Notes: a model not told the origin generated them from the letters alone. A DNA stretch of 64,000 nt from Octopus sinensis (GCF_006345805.1 NW_021833065.1:558001-622000); one strand, 5' to 3'; shown: positions 1 to 13,231, counted from the stretch's first letter. Program-made: numbers and translations.

Positions 1-313
1 AGTTTTGTTCTTCACAGTATTCCTTCGAACTTTACCTAATTGACTTGAGCATTTTGCTCATTTCTGTGTTCATATTCTGTTTACCCTTGCCATGCTTTTC
101 CTTTACATTTCAGTTTCTCATTTTTCGTTGTGTTGCATCCTTCTGTTTGTATTCCATGTTATTACCTGCTTCTTGCACTGCATATTTACATACGCCATCT
201 CTATTTTTTTCTCGACTTTTCCAAATCTAGCAGGAGGCTATGTAGCAGAGGTACATATTACATAGTAATATGTGAGTCGACCTGCACAGCAGACGAATAT
301 ATCGATGAGGCAT

Positions 314-389
314 CTAGCCTAGCTTTGATAAACTAGCCTCGTTTTGATACAGTAGCCTCGTTCTGAGACACTAGCCTCATTCTGAGCTC
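314..389. repeat. 19-bp minisatellite, 4 diverged copies
   Basis: ctagcctagctttgataaa / ctagcctcgttttgataca / gtagcctcgttctgagaca / ctagcctcattctgagctc. Confidence 0.8.
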
Positions 390-479
390 CACTGTAGAAA
401 CATCCTCAGTTCCTGCTAGGCTTCGGTCAAAAGGTGAACACCACAAAAGGTAAACACAAAATAAACAATATATTTAAAG

Positions 480-2200
480 ACAAAAATGTCTTATGGTGAT
501 TCATACTGTTTTTCCATTTACTAACACGCACTTGAACAGCCAACGACTGCCGCTATAAGCCCAAAGGCCGAGGAGCACAATGGAAGTTCCTATCACCCTT
601 CTCGGTCTATGATGTTTCTAAGTAAAACCACTGCAGCCAGAAATTAAAATTGTGTCATTAACAAAGCTAACTGCAAGATTGTTCCAAAATGTGGAACAAT
701 CTTGCATTCTCGTGAGGATGGAGGTGGGTGTTGCTACAATTCTTCAGAGATACGGTTCTCGAATTTAGAATAATGATTAAAGTCTCGGAGAGTGTGACAT
801 TGCTCTTCTTTCTTGATGGGAATTACGAGCTTTGATGATGTTGACTTTTGAGATAATCAGCCAGTGATCTGTCCACTTATCATCAGCACTTCCGATGGTT
901 CTAATGACGTGAACTTCTGCTCGATCAGTGGCTCTGTTGTTAATATAGTTTATGAAATACCAATGTTTTGAGCTCAAATGCTTTGATCGGAGTCCAGAGT
1001 TGGTGCATATACACTGATAGTGACGATGTGAGTTCTCCCTATGAGTAGAAGTTTCACAGAGATGATTCTTTTATTGATGGCATTAGGAATGGTGTTTCAT
1101 GCTGCTAGTTTTGACGGCAAATCCAACCTCATGCAATCTTCAATCTCCTCTTGGATTCTCCTCGTAAAAGAATGTGTTACCGGCTCTAATTGCAGTCATT
1201 TGCTCTTCGTCAGATAGTCATGTCTCACTTAATGCTGTAATGTCGGCATTGTATCTTTCAAGTTCTTTCCAGATAAGAATAGTTCTTTCTGGGATTTCGC
1301 AGTCAGTTTCCCTTCCATCCATCAGTATACGGGCATTCAAAATCCTAAGCACCAATGCAGTTCAAGAAAAAAAATTTCGATTATTCCCACCACATTCAGG
1401 ATGAGCCTGTCAGACACGGTCATCTGATACAACTTTGGTGTTAAGTCAGGCGATTCTTAGGTTACACTTTCTAATCCCTTCCTCATTCGAGGCGAGTGGC
1501 GCTGAACCAAAATAGATCAGACCGAAATTCCAAGGCTGTCTTAGTTCATTGAAATGACGATCATCGATCCTTCGCTACTAAGAATGCAAGAATAATCCAA
1601 GAGACTTTCACTATTCACTGCACTCGTCTCCTTTAGACTCATTCCATCGTCCTTCTTCGACTTACGTTTCAGAAATTAGTAGGTGATATTTGTGTGATTG
1701 AGGGAATTGATTGTAGCCTCGAAAACCTTATAACTTGATTGAGTCTGGCCTACTTCTAGGAGACACATGAATCCATATTACAGGGATCAAAATCAGGGTT
1801 GCTGACTTACCCATGCTGTTTTGTAGCCACCGTTGTCTAGACGGTTCGGCTCTTCCACCAGCGATGGATACTAGAGTAACAGTTGTTCTGCGTCATGATT
1901 AGGTTTATTTGAAAGCAGTAAAACTCATCTTGTCGCAAAGATCGGCGTTGGGATTGAGAGTTCCTGTGAATCAGCAGTGTCACCTGCTGATTCCTCTACC
2001 CTAAGTAAACTCGTCGCTGTTAAATCGCGGTTACTTATTTGGGTAAGCCTTATTCGCAGCTAACTTTAATAACTGAAGGCCACTCCACTATCTTCCACCT
2101 GTGGGTGCGGTCCTTCTATGGTCAGCTCCGGTCCCCATAGAGAGATATCCATGGAAAGCGGAAGTAAAATGGTTTCAGTCGAAAAGCGAAACCGGTCCGC
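480..2200 (-). mobile_element. Decayed RTE-clade LINE, 5' region and APE endonuclease domain
   Basis: Manual minus-strand translation gives NARILMDGRETDCEIPERTILIWKELERYNADITALSET*, GFAVK, IVTISVYAPT and (ORF 777-977) SKHWYFINY...WTDHWLIISK, matching RTE APE motifs. Contains stops and frameshifts. Boundaries approximate. Confidence 0.85.
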
Positions 2201-3149
2201 AGACTCGGTTCGCTCGATACTTACTTTAATCTAATGCTTCGAACCATAAATATTACAATAGATGAGAAAGAGAGAGAGAGAGAAAGAGAGACAAAAGAGA
2301 CAGAGAGAGATGTCAGAAAAATGATTGGAATGAGATATAGCAAAGAAAGAAAGAAAGAAAGGAAGGAAGAAAGAAAGTAAGAAAGAAAGATTTAAAGAAA
2401 GTTAGAACTCTTAATTCAGGTCGAATCTGATATATGGGAAAGTGTAGGAGCTGCAAGAGAAAAATGGCTAGAAGAATCCATTTTCAACAACCTATTCCTA
2501 CCTCCAAAGTTTTCCTTCTACAGCTTTCTCTTCCTGCTTCTCGCCGGCTTTCCGCCATACCCACTCTCCCTCTCACTCTCTTTTAATCTAACCGCACCGA
2601 ACACAAACAATATGATTTAAGGTTGCGTCCAATAATGAGGTATAGGTGTGAGAAGGTTGGAAATATAACAAGCGAACAGAATATAAGGCGGGACCATTTC
2701 AAGAGACCTCGACGATTCCAAAACAGTGGAAACACCTATCCCAACATCAGCAGTAACAACAACCAGCCCAAATCACTATCATCGTCGTGGTGGTGGTGGT
2801 CGTCGCCGTCATAGTCACTATTATATATACCATTGCTACCAGTACTTTTACATTGAGAAAAGAAAACCGCAAAGTGCCTGTGACCTGAACAACCCATACA
2901 AATAGAAACATAATCACCACTGCGACAACGACAGTGTTCCTTCAACCTAGTAAAAGTGCACCTCTACAAAAAGTCAGCCTGACTAGTAAAGTGCACAACT
3001 CCAGTTCTAACAGTACAGCTAACCGGGATTTCCTTTCAGGGCACTGTTACTTTTCAATAACAGTACAAGCGACATTTTAAATGACGTCATCAACTTATTA
3101 CACGCCTTCGTGACTAATTAGATGTCAGACCAGATCACATGACAGCGTA

Positions 3150-3414
3150 AATTGTACGCACGCACATACATACATACACACGCACATACATACATACATA
3201 CATACATACATACATACTACATACATACATACATACATACATGCATACATACATACGGGCTAGTACTCACACACAAATATGCATATGATGTATCCATGTA
3301 TCTATATATATACACATACATACACATGATTCTTTGTATATAAATGTGTGTGCGTGTGTGTGTGTATATACACATGCACACATGTATATATGTATGAATA
3401 GATATATACATACG

Positions 3415-3479
<65 letters not shown>

Positions 3480-3673
3480 ATATATATATGCATGTATATA
3501 TATATATATTATATTATGTATGTATATATATTATATATGCATATATATATATATTGTATTATATATATATATATATATATATATTATATTATATATATAT
3601 ATTATATATATATTATATTATATATATATTGTATATATATATTATATGTATATATATATATTATATATATATG

Positions 3674-3723
<50 letters not shown>

Positions 3724-3726
3724 GTA

Positions 3727-3789
<63 letters not shown>

Positions 3790-3840
3790 GGTATGTATAT
3801 ATATATTATATATATACATACCTATATACATATAGAGAGG

Positions 3841-3895
<55 letters not shown>

Positions 3896-4458
3896 TTATA
3901 TGTATGTATATATATATATTTATGTATGTGTATGTGTGCTTGTAAGTTTGTGTTTGTGTGTGTTTGTACATCTCTGTGAGTGTATGTGAGTGTGCGTGAA
4001 TGTGGAAATGCATGCATGTGTATATGTGTTAGTACGCGCGCACCTAGAATACGCCCGCGCTCACACACACAGACACAACATGCACTTCTTAGACAATGCT
4101 CATAAGTGCGTGGAGATTCTTTCAGTCTTATATGCGTTTAAAGAAGTACTTAAATGTTTACAGTAGTGCTTGCTTAGCGATCAGATGATGGACAGATACA
4201 TTCTGTTTTACGAATTTGTTATTTTCTGATGGTAAACTACACGCGCGCGCGCACACACACACACACACATACACACACAGTTGAAATAACAAATACATAC
4301 GAGTATACACACACTTTCACTCCCACGGACAGATACATACATATAAACATACATACATACATACATACATACATACATACATACATACACACACATACAT
4401 ACATACATACATACATACACACACACATACATATATATACATACATACATACATATAA

Positions 4459-4491
<33 letters not shown>

Positions 4492-4636
4492 CATACATAC
4501 ATACATATAAACATACGTACATACATACATACTACATACACACACATACATATATATACATACATACATACATATAAACATACATACATACATACATACA
4601 TATATACATACATACATACATATAAACATACGTACA

Positions 4637-4668
<32 letters not shown>

Positions 4669-4777
4669 AACATACATACATACATACATACATACATACA
4701 TACATACATACATACATACATACATACATACATACACACACATACATACATACATACATACACACACATACATATAT

Positions 4778-4808
<31 letters not shown>

Positions 4809-4838
4809 CATACATACATACATATAAACATACGTACA

Positions 4839-4870
<32 letters not shown>

Positions 4871-4902
4871 AACATACATACATACATATATACATACATA
4901 CA

Positions 4903-4934
<32 letters not shown>

Positions 4935-4935
4935 G
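3150..4935. repeat. Compound (TA)n / (CATA)n / (CA)n microsatellite field
   Basis: Directly visible. It explains the YI-, CMYV- and HTYI-repeat ORFs. Confidence 0.97.
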
Positions 4936-4999
4936 GAGGGTACGGAATAAGACGAGTGACTTTTTTATTTCCCACAAGGGGACAACATAGCCGAGGGTC

Positions 5000-5765
5000 A
5001 ATACAATCTGATTGGGGTTAGATGGACGGATGGATATAACATAAAGATGACATTAAAAATTCACAAAAATATAAATAAATCGAATAATAGGACAGACCGG
5101 GATACATTATGGATGGAGTGGGAAGGCGGGTTCAATTCGGATCCCATGAGCCCCGCCTCGCCACTGACACCTGAGATACGTCCTGCGTCGCATTCATAAG
5201 GTTACATTCACTCGCGATATTCGTGCTACATTCTGCCATCGATTTTCAAACATTTTCACAGTCAGGCATTTTCTTTCCAGCCCTATCTTCCTTTTAAGGT
5301 GAAAGGTGAAATAATTCACCAAATTACGGCCTGACTTTAATCTTTTCCGTCTCGTCTTCCAAATCACTTCTCTCGCAATTGCTACTACAATGAGAAAGCA
5401 ATTCTTACATTCTTTCGAAAGGATATCAAGCGGGTCAATTTTTACTATAGACTCAGCCGATAGTTGTACTCTTCGAGTACTTGACAACAGTTGTTCGGCA
5501 TAAACCCAGACGTCTGACACCTCCGAACACTGAACAATAGCGTGTGGGACGGTTTCCCTATCCCGCCCACATCTTGGACAGTTTGAAGGGCCGCTGTCTC
5601 CATGCCTTGTGAGCTTGTCCCGAACAGGTAAGGTTCCTCGGAATAAGACGAGTGGGAACAGCTGTTTGGAGGCTGAGGATTAAGCGTGGGTGATTGGATA
5701 TGCAACCTGTTTTGGCAACAGTATTTTTTGGAGCTGGAGGCAAACATGCGTGCGCTCAGAAATAT
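5000..5765 (-). mobile_element. 3' fragment of a Tx1/L1-group LINE ORF2 (CCHC knuckle and C-terminus)
   Basis: Minus frame reads CPRCGRDRETVPHAIVQC (CCHC) continuing into SDVWVYAEQLL...AREVIWKTR (ORF 5194-5520), the usual L1/Tx1 ORF2 C-terminus. Confidence 0.8.
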
Positions 5766-5816
5766 ACACATATAGGGATAGTGAGTGAGTGAGTGAGTGA
5801 GATAGATAGATAGATT

Positions 5817-5852
<36 letters not shown>

Positions 5853-5879
5853 TATAGATAGATAGATAGATAGATAGAT

Positions 5880-5936
<57 letters not shown>

Positions 5937-6149
5937 CTTAATTGGACACAACTGAAATAAACACTTTCCTTTTCCTCAGACACATAAAGATAAATATGCT
6001 TACATACATTGTTGAGATAGACAAAACAATCTTCTCAAGACACAAATTCAACCAAGGAAAGGTGCCACTGAGCAGTGGGTTCTCGGAGGAGTTAGTTGTG
6101 AGACCAGATACGACTTTTCTTTGTGCGGTGTCGTGTCGGAATCGCAACA

Positions 6150-6850
6150 CATTAGAGGAATGCATACTTTAGTCGACTTTTTCGGAAACTACAGTTTTCA
6201 GTGACTTGTGGAGGGCCTATTCTCACACTTCCGAAATTGATAGTTATAATTTTCGAGATAGAACAATGAGCCACAGCGTTGAGTTTATTAACTCGAAAGC
6301 TGACAGCTATATGCAACAAGTGGAAAGAAAACACACGGGCCGGTGTAAAATGAAGTAATAAACGACACTGTAGGAACCACCCTCCTAGGCTTGATTCGTA
6401 TCTCTGCGAATTAAAGCTTTCCCCATTTTTTCTTGAATCATGTCTCTTGTATATGACGACGACTTGGCAGACAATTTTGTTCCACAAGCTACATGTGTTC
6501 TAATGGCAGCTTCATTCCTTTTGATCGTTCTTATCGTAGCTTCGTTCAGGTAGAAAGCTCTATCCAAGAACGCTGCACTTTCGTCCTTACGAAGATGATC
6601 CAAATATTGATCTTGGTTTCCAAAGAAATTGGTGCACTTTTATTTTTCTTAGATTTGTCAACCGATATTTTGGGGGTAGGTTTTCGCTATCACGATCGCA
6701 AATAAAAAAATATCGCAGAAACACGCGACACGTCTTTCGTATTAGACCCAATGCTAACGACTGCCGCCGCGCCCCGTCTAATGGAGCGGTTACACGCAGC
6801 CAGAGGTATGTACAGTGCATAGGTCCCGCCCACACCGGAGAGTGGGGGGA
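6150..6850 (-). mobile_element. Tigger/pogo transposase N-terminal remnant
   Basis: ORF 6385-6603 (RAFYLNEATIRTIKRNEAAIR...RDMIQEKMGKALI) resembles the psq-HTH/CENP-B N-terminus of Tigger transposases. Disrupted downstream. Confidence 0.7.
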
Positions 6851-7139
6851 TCATTATACGAAAAAAATAGATTAGATTTCATTTTACTTCGCTAAATTGT
6901 TACTTAATCATGTTACGTAGAGTTTCGGCGTTTTGTAAATTATACTTGACTGATGTTACTTAATCATTTACTTGCCACTTGCAATAAATTCCGTGATCAC
7001 ACAAGGACAGATGTTTAAACCGTGTTAAAGTAAAGAAAATAGTGCAAAAAAAATCGGTTCATTTTGTTAGACCATGTTATTTCAAAGCCGTGCAAAAAGA
7101 ATACGTGTAAAAAGAGAATTGTGTGTGTGTGTGTGTGTA

Positions 7140-7720
7140 TTGCAAATAAGAAAATGGAGAACAATACTTAGTTCATCAACTTTAGGACATTAAAAATGTT
7201 AACTTATATATTTATATTCATTATTGTACTTTATACTCTCTGACGAAGCCTAGAGATATATACAAGTACCTCATTTTCATCTGCCTATTACCTCAATACA
7301 CTTGACTAATATAGGCAGAATGAGATACTTTTATCTATGGGCTGAAACAGTTGTAAGTTATTTTACTAATTTATATTCATGTTTTTTAATAAATACTGGT
7401 ATCCTTATCTTATATGCATAGAATAATATGCTATATGTATGTATGCTATTATAATTATCAGTTTAATAAATAAATAAGTTAACATTTTTAATGCCCTAAA
7501 GTTGATGAACCAACTATTGTTCTCCTCCATTTTCTTATTTGCAATATAAATTAATGGTAAAATATCTCTTTACCTTCACCCATTTAATACACTAAGTAAT
7601 GCCATAAAAACACTTGTGTATTAATAATTGGGTATTCTACCAACAGTATATTGGATAGATATAATCCCTTAGTGGGTTGGATTCACAATCCCTAACTTTC
7701 TTGGAGTTATATATATAAAT
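7140..7720. mobile_element. Penelope-like (PLE) terminal-repeat relic with inverted arms
   Basis: About 68-bp inverted arms (7140-7207 vs 7475-7545) enclose an HHR-like motif. The distal part resembles 13230-13475. Confidence 0.65.
7235..7360 (+). ncRNA. Degenerate hammerhead ribozyme motif with a 97-nt stem II
   Basis: CTGACGA 7240-7246, long hairpin 7247-7343, GAAAC 7344-7348, agtt, GTA 7353-7355. Stem I has only 2 bp. Confidence 0.6.
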
Positions 7721-7724
7721 GAAA

Positions 7725-7810
7725 TTTTGGATTTAGTTCACGGACGTCGGATCCCCTGTACTACCTTTGCGGACCACCACGGGTCTGCGGACCACAGGTT
7801 GGGAATCACT
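7725..7810. mobile_element. hAT-Charlie-type MITE end
   Basis: ...gcggaccacaggttgggaatcactg followed by tcctagag (Charlie-like TIR and TAG-centred flank). Partner end not found. Confidence 0.6.
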
Positions 7811-8574
7811 GTCCTAGAGTGTATCTCAAACTTTCGTTTTGAATTTTCCCTACAAAAATTGTATTGTTTATATAAAGTGAACTATGATTGGTTAAAAATA
7901 ATCAAATCTTAAACCTGTGTGACATTTTCATAATCTTTCTGTTACAAGTGAATAGCAAAATCAGATTCAGCGTGAAAACTTACATCAATATACTAAATTT
8001 GTAAATTTTCACTTAGTTTTAAAATCTTTGAGCGAAACGGAGATTTTAGCCATCTAAAAATACAAGAAAAAAAAAAAAAAGAAGAAAATACTATTAAATT
8101 CAGAAACACGCACGCACGTATAGGTGGAGGCATGGTTATGCTGTTAAGAAGCTCACTTTTCAACCACTTGGATTCGTGTTCAATCGCACTACACGGTACC
8201 TTGGGAAAATAGATGTCTTCAACTTCAGATCTGGGACGACCAATGCCTTGTGAGTGAATTTGGAGTGTCCGGACGCCCGTCGTATATATATGTAGTTTGG
8301 TAAGTGCAACCCTGCTAAATACTGATTTCAAATTTTGGAACAAAGTCTGAAATTTCAGAAGAATGGGTGAATTGATTACATTGATCTCAACTGGTACTTA
8401 TTACTGACACTTATTTTATCGACTCCGAAAGGATGAAAGGCAAAGTCAGCCTCGGCGGAATCTGAACTGAGAACTGATGAAATGCCGTTTAGCAATTTGT
8501 TCGGCGTGCTAATGATTTTGTTAGTTCGTCTTACTTCTGCTAAGTATCAATAATAATAATAATTTATTTTATTT

Positions 8575-8867
8575 ATGCGCCCTTTGCAAGCCTAGCCAGG
8601 CTCATGGGCCCGGTTTCCCGGTTTCTATGGCGTATGTGTTCCCCCCCCCAGCTGGACGGGACGCCAGTCTATCGCAGCGTTACTCAAGAAACAGGAAGAA
8701 AGACTGAGAGAAAGTTGGGGCGGAAGAGTACAACAGGGTCGCCACCACTCCCTGCCGGAGTCTTGTGGAGCTTTAGGAGTTTTCGCTCAATAAGCATGAT
8801 GGGTATACTGGGCTTCGTATATTTTACCCCAGTGTCACTTTGATGGCATGAACTGCTCTCTCACTCA
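8575..8867. mobile_element. Chimeric SINE fragment fused to the 3' 70 bp of the (TAA)n-flanked element
   Basis: 8575-8793 is a reverse-oriented SINE part, also seen at 52975 and 56455. 8795-8867 nearly matches 9862-9932. Followed by (TAA)n. Confidence 0.7.
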
Positions 8868-9401
8868 ATAATAATAATAATAATAATAATGATGATTTCA
8901 AATTTTGGCACAAAGCCAGTAATTTTGGGAAAGGGGTTAAATCGCCTGGTACTTATTTCATCGAGCACGAAAGCAATGAAAAGCAAAGTCGACTTCGGCG
9001 GTATTTGAACTTTGAACGTCAAGACGGACGAAATACCGCTAAGCATTTTGTCCGGTGTGCTAACGATTCGGCCTGCTCGCCGCTTTACTTCTGCTAATCC
9101 TTAATACATAATAATAACGGACTCTCTCGCCGAAGACGATGTATGAGCGTTCAGCTTTTGCACAAATGGTTTGTTTATAGTGATTAAACGTTCGTGCTGC
9201 ACATTAGCTCACTCTCTCCATCAACACGACGTTGCCTGAACTGGTGCACTATGCACCATACCTCAGGTGTCTAAGTGATCGCAGAACAATGTGAGATGAA
9301 GTATTTTGCTCAAAAACACAACGGACCACCCGGTCTAGGAATTGAAATCACGATCTAGCGATTGAGTGTAACTCCCTAACCACTAGTCCATGTACCTTCA
9401 C

Positions 9402-9465
<64 letters not shown>

Positions 9466-9515
9466 TAATAATGATGATGATAATAATAATAATGATAATA
9501 ATAATAATAATAATA

Positions 9516-9932
9516 CAGTTGTTTGACCTTAACCAGTTGAGCATGTCCCTTAGTGGCTGACGATATGTGCATCTCTGATCACGAGCAGAAGTAGTGGGGG
9601 AGCATCATAGCCATGTGTTGAGAGGGATTCTTTTTGGGGTTTGAATAGTTCACCTCTGGAAACATGGGTGGTTCTTTCAACATCCTTAAACAACCCTTAT
9701 TCAGGGACCGTTTGAGCGGGATGGGCTACTCAACCTGAAGAAAATTCTAACTGGGCCCCACCTGCAAGGTCATGTGCTGTTTATCTTGATATGAGATCAT
9801 CATGTCGCGCACATATGGTTGTGATGCATGTACCTGGTGTACCTTTATCAGACGGGTAGTCATGATGGGTATATTGGGCTTCGTATATTTTACCCCAGTG
9901 TCACTTTGATGGCATGAACTGCTCTCTCACTC
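9516..9932 (+). mobile_element. ~417-bp non-coding element flanked on both sides by (TAA)n
   Basis: (TAA)n at 9404-9514 and 9933-9966. Its 3' end is duplicated at 8795-8867. Confidence 0.65.
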
Positions 9933-9969
<37 letters not shown>

Positions 9970-10195
9970 TATTCCATTCTACAATAGGCACAAGGCCTGA
10001 AATTTTAGGGGAGGGGACTAGTCGAGTACATCGATCCCAGTACGAAACCTGTACTTATTTCCTCGACACTGAAAGGATGAAAGGCAAAGTCGAACACGGT
10101 GGAATTTGAACGTAGAACGTAACAGCATACAAAATACAGCTAAGCATTTCGCCCGGCGTGCTAACGATTCTGCTAGCTCGCCACCTTGATGATGG

Positions 10196-10300
<105 letters not shown>

Positions 10301-10442
10301 CAACAACAACATACTGTAACATCTCTTATCCTTCACTTGCCCTAGGACGCTGGGTGTGTCTTGGCGTGTGATTGTAACAAACATGCAGATTAAATAATAA
10401 TAATAGTAAATAATAATAATAAAATCATGCCACATATTGATA

Positions 10443-10632
10443 TTTTGAATGCATTTAATACACGTGTTTCAGATCATTATTCAAGAAAGAAAAAGAATCC
10501 ATCTCTTACATAATATCTTCTTGGTTTAAGACATTTCGAAATATTTTCAACGAAGATGTTATGTAAGAGTTGGACTCTTTTTTTTCTCTCTTGAAAAATG
10601 ATCTGAAACATGTGTATTAAATGCATTCAAAA
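10443..10632. repeat. Long palindromic hairpin, MITE-like (~78-bp arms)
   Basis: ttttgaatgcatttaatacacgtgtttcagatcatt... pairs with ...aatgatctgaaacatgtgtattaaatgcattcaaaa. Confidence 0.85.
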
Positions 10633-11002
10633 TTATATACTAAATGACTTCAAATCATTACAAGTTAGCTTGTCCTTCGTTTACACAGATGCTCTAATAT
10701 GGATTAGTAGTGGTTCAATCTACTGAAATAAACCACTTCACACACACACACACACGCACGCACTCACATACACACACAAACACACGCACACACACGCACA
10801 CACACACTCACACACACACACACACATACACATACACAGGTAATTGATAGAAATAGAATGAATGACATATAAACTCTCCGGATACTATGGAATTCCTAAT
10901 GTATATTCTGTAGCAAGGGCATTTCCACTTGATAACATCAAGTAGTCAATATCTGCGAAAGAGCTTTGCATAGCACATAGGGTTTTTACCCGAAACTTAT
11001 TT

Positions 11003-11083
<81 letters not shown>

Positions 11084-11084
11084 T

Positions 11085-11280
11085 AATCCCAACAAGAAAG
11101 CACAAAAAAACACAACAACGCGAGGACGTGGAACAAATATAGTATTATTGGACGTTCAGGAAAGAAGGAGGGTTTAACGTTTCGAGCGGAGCTCTTCGTC
11201 GGAACATAGGAGAAGGAAAGATCCAGAGAAGGGAAGACAGAGGAAAAAACATCGCCAACGGTACACACGAGGTCACATAT
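11085..11280 (-). mobile_element. PLE pLTR-like relic in (TA)n with an HHR-like motif (CCGACGA core)
   Basis: Reverse complement of 11172-11206: tgtt CCGACGA agagc tcc gctc GAAAC GTT aaac. Flanked by TA/CATA tracts. Confidence 0.55.
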
Positions 11281-11281
11281 A

Positions 11282-11370
<89 letters not shown>

Positions 11371-11372
11371 AA

Positions 11373-13184
11373 TATTAGGAAATAAATCCAAATTTACAGG
11401 GAAAAAATCAGATTTAGGATTAAATCCAATTTTATAGTAAAATATTATATAATATTAATTAGAGACAAAACCACTATTTTGCAAAACAAACAAGGAAAGA
11501 CTTAATCAATACATAAAATTTTAATAAAAAGTAAAAAAAACCGCCACTACAATTGTTTCATGTCTTGAACGACAATCTTCAGGTGGATTTCCGATCTAAA
11601 ATATCAATATTTTAAAATATAAGTATAAAAAATAATTTTAAAATAATTAAAGTATCAATGAAAAAATATAAATATATAATCTATATATAACCTATATATA
11701 ATCCATATATAATCAATATATAAACTAAAATAAACCTATCAACAATTAAATATAAAACAAAATAAAAATAAACTATATATACACACATATACATATAACT
11801 AAGTATATATAACCATATCTAAATACATACACTAACTCATACACCTATATATATATCCCTATACATACACATAAAAACGTCTAAGCAACGATAAATAAAT
11901 AAAATAGCCAAATACTTCAACACAATACTTATTCATACTCCCTCACACACACATACAACCCACATTCATAAACAATATACGTATACCCGCTCACACATAC
12001 ATATACAAACATACAGAACTCGATATATACACCAATATATTCACACCCACATCTATACAGATAAATAAATTACGCAAACAATCACACACACACACACACA
12101 TTCACACATGCATAAACACTCAAAAGAAAAATAAACAATTGTTTATGTATGTGTGAATGTGTGTGTGTGTGCGTATTTTAGTTGTGTAATTTATTTATCT
12201 GTATGAGTGTGGGTGTGAACATATTGTTGTATATATCGAGTTTAGTACGTATGTATATGTATATGTGAGGGGGTATACGTATATGTTGTGTGTGTGTGTT
12301 TTACGTATGTATATTTGTGTGTGAATGTATATATGGAGATTGCTATATAGGTATAATTGCGTATGGTAAAGGGAGTTTTATCATTATATGTATATGGGTT
12401 TCTTTTATCATGATGGTTTATTAATGATTTGTAGTAAATTCTGTATATTTAAGTTGATTATATATTATTCCATTCATAATTAAAAAAAAAAACGTTCGAT
12501 CACCACGTGCAAAGAATTGTTTATTTTTCTTTTGAGTGTTTATGTATGTGTGAATGTGTGTGTGTGTGTGTGTGATTGTTTGCGTAATTTATTTATCTGT
12601 ATAGATGTGGGTGTGAATATATTGGTGTATATATCGAGTTCTGTATGTTTGTATATGTATGTATGAGCGGGTATACGTATATTGTTTATGAATGTGGGTT
12701 GTATGTGTGTGTGAGGGAGTATGAATAAGTATTGTGTTGAAGTATTTGGCTATTTTATTTATTTATCGTTGCCTAGACGTTTTTATGTGTATGTATAGGG
12801 ATATATATATAGGTGTGTGAGTTAGTGTATGTATTTAGATATGGTTATATATACTTAGTTATATGTGTATGTGTGTATATATAGTTTATTTTTATTTTGT
12901 TTTATATTTAATTGTTGATAGGTTTATTTTAGTTTATATATTGATTATATATGGATTATATATAGGTTATATATAGATTATATATTTATATTTTTTCATT
13001 GGTACTTTAATTATTTTAAAATTATTTTTTATACTTATATTTTAAAATATTGATATTTTAGATCGGAAATCCACCTGAAGACATGAAACAATTGTAGTGG
13101 CGGTTTTTTTACTTTTTATTAAAATTTTATGTATTGATTAAGTCTTTCCTTGTTTGTTTTGCAAAATAGTGGTTTTGTCTCTAA

Positions 13185-13195
<11 letters not shown>
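11373..13195. mobile_element. PLE-type fold-back element with ~690-bp inverted arms in (TA)n
   Basis: Left arm ~11447-12140 is the near-exact reverse complement of ~12515-13195. The spacer holds a diverged partial repeat of the right arm. (TA)n on both sides. Confidence 0.85.
11544..11586 (-). ncRNA. Intact minimal type-I hammerhead ribozyme motif
   Basis: Reverse complement: CCAC CTGAAGA T TGTC gttcaa GACA T GAAAC aatt GTA^ GTGG. All core nucleotides present, 4-bp stem I, palindromic stem III (ACAATTGT). Confidence 0.85.

Positions 13196-13231
<36 letters not shown>

Noticed and set aside
2870-3150. Regulatory module (TGACGTCA, CACATG, repeated ctagtaaaagtgcac)
   Set aside because: Short motifs with no associated gene or conservation evidence.
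3152-5001. Long ORFs rich in YI, CMYV, HT, or poly-L/S/I/R (also near 10055, 18589, 21000, 34568, 50091, 55097)
   Set aside because: They are translations of di-, tri- and tetranucleotide microsatellites.
4933-5655. 15-bp repeat ggaataagacgagtg at ~4940 and ~5640
   Set aside because: One copy is internal to the Tx1 fragment, so it is not a TSD. It may be microhomology or chance.
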